Positions 56,015-64,000 of a DNA stretch of 64,000 nt are shown in pieces (the stretch's first letter is position 1; each line of letters opens with the position of its first letter). The translations under genes were made by a program, and so were the position numbers. The notes beneath the pieces were generated by a model that saw nothing but the letters and a program-made list of their open reading frames with translations, was not told where the DNA came from and made no database searches. Where the stretch lies: the NCBI GenBank assembly GCA_965223265.1, contig OZ244999.1, forward strand, positions 1,856,001-1,920,000. The letters run 5' to 3'. Origin of the DNA: Planctomycetota bacterium (GTDB lineage Bacteria > Planctomycetota > UBA8108 > SXIK01).

Positions 56015-57390
56015 GATTCCGTCGTCGTCACAGTCGCTGGTGATTCCGTTTCGGTCGACCCGTCACTTTCGCCACCGAACTGTATGCCAAGGCTATGTAG
56101 GAGCGGATAGGGTGGTTCGCCACCTGCGAAGATCAACGTGTAGTCATTCGGCAACTGTTTGTTGCGGCGTACGTCGTCTTTGCTGATCGAAAGCGTGACG
56201 CTGTCGGGATCGATTCTTTCCACGACGGAATTGAAGACTATCTTGACGCGTCCGTCTCTTGCATATCGCTCGATGCGTTCTTGGTTGCGTGCCTTCAGAC
56301 GAAAGAAGTTGTGGCGCCGATAGGATAGAGTGACAGTGTTTCCGTTTTGCTCCGCTAGTGCTGTAGCCGCTTCGATTGCGCTGTCGCCACCACCCACGAC
56401 GAGAATCTTCTCGTTGGTGTAGGTGGCCGCATCGACGAGTTGGTAGAGAACTTTCTCTTGATCCTCGCCGGGCACGCCGAGGCGTCGTGGAGTGCCGCGT
56501 CTTCCGAGCGTGAGAACAATTCGTTTGGCTCGAACGACGCCTTTTGAAGTCTGCGCCTCGAAGCATCCCTTGTCATGTTTGGCGCCGAGGAGCTTCACTC
56601 CAGAGTGGATTGTCAAGTCGAACTTTCGCGCGACGCTTTCCCAAAACTCGATCAACTCCTCCTTGAGGAACTCTCGTTTCTTGACGGGGCCGTAGAGCGG
56701 TAGGGTGACCGGACCCGTCAGCGTCAGCTTGCGACGTGGGTACTTTCGTACGGTGCCGCCTATGTCGTCCATGTCGATGGTGACGTGACTTAGGCCGCAT
56801 TCCTTGGCCCTGAGCGACGCAGCGAACCCGGCTGGGCCCGCGCCAACGATGAGGACGTCGAAGACGCCCGGGCGACGCGTTGACCCTCGGCTTCCTAGTT
56901 CGAGAGCGATCGCGCTGACGGCCTTCGTACCTTGTTCGACCGCGATGCGGATGAGTGCGAAACCGCCGAGCTCTCCGGCGATGTAGACTCCAGGAACGGA
57001 GGTCTCGAGCGACTCGGAGAGAGACGGAATATCTGTCCGAGACGAGATGTCTCCAAGGCTTACTTTAACCGCGTTGACCGGGCACACCTCTTCGCACAGC
57101 GCATGCCCGATGCAGCGTGAACCGTGGATGACTCGAGCAATGCCATCGACCAGTCCGAGGACACCATCCTCAGGACATGCGGCAACACAGCTACCGCAGC
57201 CGATGCACGCTTGTTCATCAATCTGAGGATGCTGCGCGATCGGACGGTCAGTGCCGCGTTCCTTGGCGTCACGCAGGTCTGCGATGACGCGTTCTCTCTG
57301 CAGGTCCTCGATCTTCTGCTGCCAAACACTAAGAAAAACGAGAAGTGCTGTCAGCAGAATGAGGACGCCTAGGACGATCAGAAAGTTCAA
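56011..57390 (-). CDS. Membrane-anchored 4Fe-4S ferredoxin + FAD/NAD(P)H thioredoxin-reductase-like oxidoreductase
   Basis: N-terminal TM; CIGCGSCVAACP and CIGHALCEEVCP; VGAGPAG; VVGGGDSA...SYRR; TTG start after GAGGAG. Confidence 0.88.
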   Translation of the reverse strand: MNFLIVLGVLILLTALLVFLSVWQQKIEDLQRERVIADLRDAKERGTDRPIAQHPQIDEQACIGCGSCVAACPEDGVLGLVDGIARVIHGSRCIGHALCEEVCPVNAVKVSLGDISSRTDIPSLSESLETSVPGVYIAGELGGFALIRIAVEQGTKAVSAIALELGSRGSTRRPGVFDVLIVGAGPAGFAASLRAKECGLSHVTIDMDDIGGTVRKYPRRKLTLTGPVTLPLYGPVKKREFLKEELIEFWESVARKFDLTIHSGVKLLGAKHDKGCFEAQTSKGVVRAKRIVLTLGRRGTPRRLGVPGEDQEKVLYQLVDAATYTNEKILVVGGGDSAIEAATALAEQNGNTVTLSYRRHNFFRLKARNQERIERYARDGRVKIVFNSVVERIDPDSVTLSISKDDVRRNKQLPNDYTLIFAGGEPPYPLLHSLGIQFGGESDGSTETESPATVTTTES

Positions 57391-57844
57391 CCTTACACTC
57401 CTCGATGCCGTCTCCCCTAGAACTGAGATCGGCAGAACAGAAACCATTCTGCTGCCGCGAGTTGCTGCAAAGGCTATTCCGCATAAATGTCCGCTGACCA
57501 GCGACGAGCATCCGTCGTCGCGTACCGTTTTCAGCACGTAAAAAGCGGGTGCTGCGAGGCGAATTAGGCCTATCCAAGATCGCTATGGGTGGACGACCCT
57601 GGAATTCTGCCGTGAGAATTGTTGCGCCGATTCTCGGAACAGCTGCGGCGCGAGTAGCGGTAAAAACGCTGTAACCCACCTGCCGGATATCGTGAGACCC
57701 AAACGAAGCCGTTGCTGCTGAACTCCACGCTGTTTTCGCTCGCCTTTTCTTGTCGCCATGGGGTCTGATGTCGCGGTCGCTCGTTTTCCCAAGCTGCCGT
57801 TTCAGAGCCACGGCGGAAGTGTTGAACTCCTCTGAGGTGCTTCC

Positions 57845-58942
57845 ATGACTTCTACTTTTCACGTCAACCTGGTGAGAGTGGTCGTGACAGGGGCGGCGCT
57901 TTCGTGGTCTTCCTTGTCCGCCCGTGGGCCTGACTCACAAGCGTCGGACTCGACCTACGTTTGGGATCAGGTCACTTCGGACGCTCCTTTCGCTCCGCGC
58001 GACGGCGCAGGCGCACTCGTGTTTAAGGAGCGCATGTGGCTGCTCGGTGGCTGGAATCCTCGCGACAAGAAGCATTTTCCACGCATCTGCAACAATGAGG
58101 TGTGGAGCTCGGAGAATGGCTCGGATTGGACGCTCGTGAAGCCGAACACGTTTCTCGACGCGAGCTTCGACGCCAAGTCCGATTGGGAGGGGCGACACAC
58201 TGCTGGCTACGTCGTTTTCAAAGGCAAGATGTGGATCGTTGGAGGGGACGCTAACCAGGGGCACTACCAGAACGACATCTGGAACTCTGCCGACGGGCGA
58301 GTGTGGACCCGAATCGCCGACACGGTCGAGTGGGGGCCGCGCGTGCTTCACACAACCGTGGTGTTTGACGGGAAGATCTGGGTGATAGGTGGTCAGACCC
58401 TGCCGCAGTTTGCTGCGGCTGATCACCGTTTCTATGACGACGTCTGGAATTCAACGGACGGTGTTGATTGGCAGCAGGTCCGCGTCAGCGGCGCACCGCA
58501 GCCCGCACCGCATTGGGCGCCACGTGGCATGATCGGTGGGAATGTCGTGTTCAAGGGGCGTGTGTGGCTGCTCGGAGGGGGCGTCTATGACACTCCGAAG
58601 TTTCCGAAGCGGAAGTTTTTTCAAGACGTATGGAGCTCGCGTGATGGATTGCGGTGGACACGTCACGTCGAAAAGGCCCCATGGACGCCAAGGCAGTACC
58701 ACGAAGTCGCCGTTTTCGACGAGCGTATGTGGCTCCTCGAAGGCTGGAATCAGAGCAATCGACGCGATGTTTGGCATTCCGAAGATGGCGTTTCTTGGCG
58801 CGAGGTCCCGAACACACCGTGGGCACCACGACACGCCGCGAGCGTCTTCGTCTACAAGGACGCCCTGTGGGTCGTTGCTGGAAACAACATGCAGAGCGAT
58901 GTGTGGAAGCTCCAGCGGCGAGAGTCGACGGGGTCGCCTTGA
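57845..58942 (+). CDS. Secreted Kelch-like repeat protein
   Basis: Six units of W.PR.....VF..(K/R)MW..GG.....DVW.S.DG..W. Confidence 0.82.
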   Translation: MTSTFHVNLVRVVVTGAALSWSSLSARGPDSQASDSTYVWDQVTSDAPFAPRDGAGALVFKERMWLLGGWNPRDKKHFPRICNNEVWSSENGSDWTLVKPNTFLDASFDAKSDWEGRHTAGYVVFKGKMWIVGGDANQGHYQNDIWNSADGRVWTRIADTVEWGPRVLHTTVVFDGKIWVIGGQTLPQFAAADHRFYDDVWNSTDGVDWQQVRVSGAPQPAPHWAPRGMIGGNVVFKGRVWLLGGGVYDTPKFPKRKFFQDVWSSRDGLRWTRHVEKAPWTPRQYHEVAVFDERMWLLEGWNQSNRRDVWHSEDGVSWREVPNTPWAPRHAASVFVYKDALWVVAGNNMQSDVWKLQRRESTGSP

Positions 58943-59068
58943 GTCTGGCTATCTATCGCTCGATGAGCGGTATCGATTCACCGGGGTTCGCATCGCCTCC
59001 GGGTTCTCTCTCGTCTCCAATCCGTCTTTTGCCTGGACTAAGAGATCGGCGCTGAGAGGGGGTGTAGG

Positions 59069-61492
59069 CTACCGCTTTTGCCAAGGTGGCGCGAGGCGAT
59101 GCTCGAACGGATCCTCGTCGACGTAGTACAGTTCGAACTCCCACCAACTGTAGCTCGGCAACCTGTCGAAGAGGTAGATTTTCGCCGTATAGTCGTTGGC
59201 GGCGGTCGGTTGTTCCAGCACGAACGGGTCCGATTCGGGTGATGCCAAATCTTTCACAAAGACGGTCACCGGTCTTTCTGGCAGCGACTCAAAGAATTCG
59301 TGGCCAAGGTCGACGATCGGGTCGGCCTCGACATGTTCGATCGTCGCTTGATTTGCTCGGACGTGCACGATGTCGCGACCGTCGACTCGCGCGCGCCATC
59401 GAAAGAATCGTTTCGCTTTGCTTCTCTTTGTTTTCAATCTCTGTGCACTTCGCTCCGACCATTGGCGGATCGTTTCCTCTAGCGACTCCGTATCTGGCGC
59501 TTCGGCGAGGAGCGCTTCCGCCTTGGCTAGGTCCTCGAGAGCCTGGCGAGCGTTTTCGGCAAGCTGATTCACGCCGGCCAGATCGTAGCAGAACTCCGGT
59601 GCGGCACGAAAACGACTGCTCGCCGTCTCGAGCTGTTTGAGGGCGCCCGCCAGGGCGGTCTTCGTCGCGTTGTTTGGTTCGTTACGATAAGCGAAGTAGG
59701 CATAGCAGGTTTTCACGTAGGCGTTGTTCGTCTCGATCAGCCCGCGAGTCAGCTCCAGGCTGTTGCCGATGTGTTCAGCCAGTTCTCGATCCTCGATGAG
59801 CGATTCGACACGTTTGTAGCGGGAGTACATCTCATGGGCCGCGGCGAGTCCTCGGTCGAGATGCGCTATGGCTTCCTCGGTCTCGTCGATCGACGGCTCG
59901 AACATCGAGCGGCGCAGCCAATCGATGTGACCCCGCCCCCGGTCGACTTCCGGAATCCCTATTCTCTTGAATGATGTGAGGCGCAGGTGGGGAAGTGTAT
60001 TGCCGCGGATCTTTTCAGCAACCGGCTTGATGTAGATTCCATCTCTGTATGCCGTGTACGAAAGGAGTAGAATCTCGGCCAGCTCTGCCGCTGCTTTCCT
60101 TCCGACGTGGATCGCTGCAAAGTCCTGGGCGATCGTTCGAAGGTCTTCATCCGGGTTCCACATCAGGCGATAGATCGTGTAGCCCGTGACCGCTCGCGTA
60201 CTCCACTCCTCCGGGTTCGGCGCCCCCCAGTGTGCCCCGACGAGATTCGTCTCATTCGCCGCAAGAATCATCTGCAGTCCGCCCTGATGGTATTGGCCAG
60301 GAAAAGAGGGAAAGACATTCACTCCAGCGTGCGCGTGATAGTCGAGCGTGGAGAAGAGCGCGACCATCTTGTGCGGCGTCAGGTTGAATGTCGGATTGAA
60401 CGGCTGGTAGTACCAGCGGTCTGCGAGACTCATGTAAGGTGATAAGAAGAGGTTTTCGGTGGGGACCTGACTCGTGAAGATCGCCCTGTAGACGTCCGGA
60501 TCCGAGTGCTGCTCGTTCGCAGTGGTCACCCACGTCCGATGGAAATAGATCTTCGCAAACTCACCGACTACGACTTCATGCAGCTTCTTGAGAAACGTCC
60601 GGTAACGGCGCTCCAACGTCCAGTCGCTTTCCTTGGGTTCGTGCATCACGTCGAACGGTCGGTAGCGTCCGTGCACTCGTGTCAGTTCACCGGTTCGGAT
60701 CTGCACACCGTCCAGTTCAGGCATGGTACGAAAGAGGCGTCGGTACTTCTCTTGAAGCGCGTTCCAGATCCGAGGGTCGGCCGGATCGCGTCTCGCCTTC
60801 GTTCCCTCCAGCAGCGACGGGTGGTATGAAATCTCGTCGCCCGCGGCGAGGTATTTCAGATGGAACGCGTGGGCTCGGTCGATCAACTTCGCCAGCTGCC
60901 GGCGATTCTGTGCGTTGCGCGAAGCCTCGGGTTCGACGTCCCACGGGACGAGGTCTAGAGTGTTCCCTCCGGACACCCACGTGGCGCCAAACCGGAGCGC
61001 GTTGCGGATCTCCGCCTCGCTTCGCGCTCCAGTCAGACGAACCGATCCGACCGGTTCCCGAACAGTGTTGAGCTTGGGAATCCGTTTGTGAACGCGTAGT
61101 CGATCCCAGAGCCAGTAAAGCCCGTTGGTGTATGCGAGCACGGAGCGACCGGTCACCACTACGGTCGGCCCGCCGCGCTCGGTTGTCACGGTGTGGATTC
61201 GGTACCCTTGATCGCTATCCAGCGGATCGAGCTGAATGGTTCCACGTTGCACCAGCTCGGCAACAATCGGGTTCCCAATGGACGACCCCACGATCACCAC
61301 CGACTCGAGCCTTTCGGGTGGTTGGCCGACTTCGAGAAACTCGATACCCAGTTCTTTCCCTGCACGTTGCAAATCGTCCACCGCGGCGCGAATGGCAGGT
61401 TCGGCGGACAGCGTCGGGTCGACAAAGACTTGCCAGCTTTCGCCAGTGCGGTTGACGGGTGTCAAAGCGAGTAACAAGCATACGAGCAGCAT
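59069..61492 (-). CDS. Secreted glycoside-hydrolase-like protein (GH67/GH115-like architecture), substrate unknown
   Basis: Signal peptide, N-terminal QGYRI...VVVTG....Y.NG domain, PELDGVQIRTGE and L.WNP motifs. Confidence 0.55.
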   Translation of the reverse strand: MLLVCLLLALTPVNRTGESWQVFVDPTLSAEPAIRAAVDDLQRAGKELGIEFLEVGQPPERLESVVIVGSSIGNPIVAELVQRGTIQLDPLDSDQGYRIHTVTTERGGPTVVVTGRSVLAYTNGLYWLWDRLRVHKRIPKLNTVREPVGSVRLTGARSEAEIRNALRFGATWVSGGNTLDLVPWDVEPEASRNAQNRRQLAKLIDRAHAFHLKYLAAGDEISYHPSLLEGTKARRDPADPRIWNALQEKYRRLFRTMPELDGVQIRTGELTRVHGRYRPFDVMHEPKESDWTLERRYRTFLKKLHEVVVGEFAKIYFHRTWVTTANEQHSDPDVYRAIFTSQVPTENLFLSPYMSLADRWYYQPFNPTFNLTPHKMVALFSTLDYHAHAGVNVFPSFPGQYHQGGLQMILAANETNLVGAHWGAPNPEEWSTRAVTGYTIYRLMWNPDEDLRTIAQDFAAIHVGRKAAAELAEILLLSYTAYRDGIYIKPVAEKIRGNTLPHLRLTSFKRIGIPEVDRGRGHIDWLRRSMFEPSIDETEEAIAHLDRGLAAAHEMYSRYKRVESLIEDRELAEHIGNSLELTRGLIETNNAYVKTCYAYFAYRNEPNNATKTALAGALKQLETASSRFRAAPEFCYDLAGVNQLAENARQALEDLAKAEALLAEAPDTESLEETIRQWSERSAQRLKTKRSKAKRFFRWRARVDGRDIVHVRANQATIEHVEADPIVDLGHEFFESLPERPVTVFVKDLASPESDPFVLEQPTAANDYTAKIYLFDRLPSYSWWEFELYYVDEDPFEHRLAPPWQKR

Positions 61493-61913
61493 GGCAGCAG
61501 CCTCCTGAGTGGAGCTCCTAGCGCTAGCGCTAGCGGCGGCGATCTCCCTCGGCAAAAGCCTGTTCAGACGAACATTGTGAGAACGGGGCTGAGTACCTCG
61601 GTGACTCCGCTCTTGTGAACAACCCGGCGTGAGTCTCCTCGAACTCGGTGGCGTGGCGCGAGCACAGAGATCCAAGTAGTCGAGGAGACATGCCGTGACG
61701 TCACGAGCCGAACCTTCCCAGAGTATGTTTGCCGCCCTGTCGGCGCATGGCTATGACCTCGGTCACGGCCGATCTGACGCATTTGTCGTCGAATGAAGAT
61801 CTCTGAACTTCCGGCAACGATTGCTGCGACCCACACGGGGGGCGGACCGCACATCTGTCCTTTGGCGTCCCGACCGGGGCAGTTTTCTGAGCGGCTGTTG
61901 AGTTCGGTGGAAA

Positions 61914-64000
61914 CTAACGGCACGCCACATCGCCAATCGGTGCGTCCCCCGACGCAAACAGGTGCAGGAGGAGGAAAATCGGATCGGTGACGTTTGTCCG
62001 ACCATCCGCATTCACGTCGACAGCCTCGGCGCATGCGATCGTCCCACTGCGAAATAGATAGTTAAGGCTCGCGATCGCGTCGGCGAGATCGAGTTTGCCG
62101 CTCGCGTCCGCGTCGCCACGTGCCACTGTCTGCGGCACATTGGCTGCGAAAGGAGTCGGGGGTCGGAACGAGAACGAGCCACCGCATCCTGACCGTGCCC
62201 AGGCAACATCGTCGGTCTGCGGTCCATAGTTGACTGCGTCGACGACGAGGGGAGAACCCTCGTTCGTCGTCACACCCAGCATAAGTTGACCACGATCCTT
62301 GTCGAGACGAAACGGTGCATGAAGCGGGCCTTGGTCGGGGTTGTTATCGCAAAACACAACGGTCGCTTCACCCGGACTTAGCTCGATTCCGGCCGGAAAC
62401 CAAAACCAGTCGTCGCTGACGGGAAACCTCTCGCCGAGAAAGACTCCATCGAGTTTGAGAACTTGGTCGCCACAGTTACGTACCTCGACCCAGTCGGGGG
62501 TGCCTCCTGCTTCATCGACGAGACCGTCTGTGTTGGACGCCACCATTTCCGAGATCTCAAGCGGGAGGCCATCGCCCACTGCCATGCTGAAGAGGTCGCC
62601 GGTGTCTTCAGTGGCGACGAGGCCTGAATCTTCGTCTGGAAGAGTCTCGACGTTGTCACTTAGGTCGACTGCTTCCAAGAGGAATCGAATGCTTGCTCCA
62701 GCGGGCAGCCCCGGTTCCAGCAGTCCCGAAAAGACGCCATCCTGCGGCTCTTCGTCGGCATGCCGGCCATCGTCGAAGAGGATGATGCGCCGAGTCTCGC
62801 TGGGCACGTCGATTCGTCGGAATAGAACACTGACGCTGACGATTCCGATGTCGTCGTCAGCCTTGGCATAGAAACGGATCGGCTCTCCTGCCATCGCAGC
62901 CACGTACGATCCTCTGCGCCGTCCAGTAGCCTCACCACCGACTGCGCTGAGGCTGAGCGAGGGTGAGACTGAACCGTTGTCAGTGTTCTCCGCACCTGGG
63001 CTGGGGAATAGATTGAAAACGAACGAGTGGAGTCCATCGCGATATCGAGCGTAGGAGACGTTCGTCTCTTGCTCAGGATAGTCGACGAAGTCGGCAGTCG
63101 TTCCGTCGGGCGCCAGAAGCGACAGCTTGGCACCTTCCGCAGGCAACCTGAAACCGGTGTGGAATTCCGATCTTTCCTCAGCTCTCGAGAAGAAAACTAG
63201 CTGGTGGCTCCGACTTTCGAGCTGGGCGGGAGGGAAAGCGAACCCAAGTCTCTGAATCTCGCCGTCGTTCTTGCGCTCAAGGACTAGCGCCCAGCCCGCA
63301 AGGTTGACCGCTGTTTCTGAGGCGTTGAAGACTTCGACCCACTCGCTGCGGCGGCCTTCGTCAGGCGCGACGGGAAAGTCGTCGTTCGACGCGAGGATTT
63401 CGTTGATGGTCACTGCCCCGATCGGACTACGGTTGCCTTCGAGGATGCGCGGTGACGCCGCCTCTGCACGTCGACTGCTCAACGCCGTCCACAGTGCATC
63501 GCCCGAGCCTATGAGATCAACTTGGCCGTCACCATCAAGGTCGCCGGTGGCGATGTGCTGGCCAGACGGAACATCGACCGTGAGAGCGGGAACAAAGACT
63601 CCAGTCTCGTCAGATCGCGTCAACAGAGTCACGCACGAGAGAATCTGGCAGCCGATGGCGAAGTCGTTTTGGCCATCGCCATCGAAGTCTCCGAACGCGA
63701 CGCTCGAGGCGGGGAAAGCCGCACTGCCCGATACTGCTGTGTCCTCCGTCAAGGTGAATAGGAGGCTTGGGCCCCCCGAATAGACGAGCGCGCCGTCGCC
63801 ACTACCTAAGATGAGGTCGAGAACACCGTCTCCGTTGAGGTCCTCCGCCTCGATCTCGGTCGCGCCGAATTTATCCTCTGTCGGCGACGAGAAGATTCTT
63901 CGCGGCAGACTTTCGCCGGTCATGAGGTCGCCGCGGTTTTCAACCACCACCATGTCGCCGCTATATGACGCGCCCGCAAGGTCGATGTCGCCATCGAGAT
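61914..64000 (-). CDS. FG-GAP/VCBS repeat + two lamin-tail domains + C-terminal dockerin-like protein; 5' end outside the window
   Basis: DLNGDG..D, DFDGDG and DLDGDG; INEILASN...EWVEVFN; ISEMVASN...DWVEVRN; RGDADASG...DVNADG. Confidence 0.85.
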   Translation of the reverse strand, partial: LDGDIDLAGASYSGDMVVVENRGDLMTGESLPRRIFSSPTEDKFGATEIEAEDLNGDGVLDLILGSGDGALVYSGGPSLLFTLTEDTAVSGSAAFPASSVAFGDFDGDGQNDFAIGCQILSCVTLLTRSDETGVFVPALTVDVPSGQHIATGDLDGDGQVDLIGSGDALWTALSSRRAEAASPRILEGNRSPIGAVTINEILASNDDFPVAPDEGRRSEWVEVFNASETAVNLAGWALVLERKNDGEIQRLGFAFPPAQLESRSHQLVFFSRAEERSEFHTGFRLPAEGAKLSLLAPDGTTADFVDYPEQETNVSYARYRDGLHSFVFNLFPSPGAENTDNGSVSPSLSLSAVGGEATGRRRGSYVAAMAGEPIRFYAKADDDIGIVSVSVLFRRIDVPSETRRIILFDDGRHADEEPQDGVFSGLLEPGLPAGASIRFLLEAVDLSDNVETLPDEDSGLVATEDTGDLFSMAVGDGLPLEISEMVASNTDGLVDEAGGTPDWVEVRNCGDQVLKLDGVFLGERFPVSDDWFWFPAGIELSPGEATVVFCDNNPDQGPLHAPFRLDKDRGQLMLGVTTNEGSPLVVDAVNYGPQTDDVAWARSGCGGSFSFRPPTPFAANVPQTVARGDADASGKLDLADAIASLNYLFRSGTIACAEAVDVNADGRTNVTDPIFLLLHLFASGDAPIGDVACR

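Overview
A GC-rich bacterial window with Planctomycetota hallmarks: a DUF1549/DUF1553-DUF1501 pair, DUF1080, a PQQ-like propeller and dockerin/lamin-tail proteins. The taxonomy is inferred from gene content only. About 40 mostly secreted or metabolic CDS are present, and I found no rRNA, tRNA or CRISPR array. Four things stand out. (1) A minus-strand cluster at 45.9-57.4 kb encodes a possible cytoplasm-to-surface electron conduit: a membrane-anchored ferredoxin fused to an apparently circularly permuted thioredoxin-reductase-like flavoenzyme, a cytochrome-b-like membrane protein, 20- and 10-heme cytochromes, a beta-barrel, a local HemA and an 11-heme lipoprotein (41 CxxCH motifs in total). (2) A three-level nested mobile element sits at 38.75-42.97 kb: an IS1634 inside a group II intron, which is itself inserted in the terminal inverted repeat of a dispersed ~260-bp MITE-like repeat, with a matching EBS1 candidate. 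(3) Two families of dispersed palindromic repeats form mosaics and often abut stop codons. (4) A ~360-nt, hairpin-rich unit at 17-410, bounded by a promoter and a terminator, carries a 14-nt complement to the 16S rRNA 3' tail, a 14-aa sORF and a possible alternative-pairing switch. All calls come from reading motifs by eye; no database searches were run, and several start codons are my best estimate.
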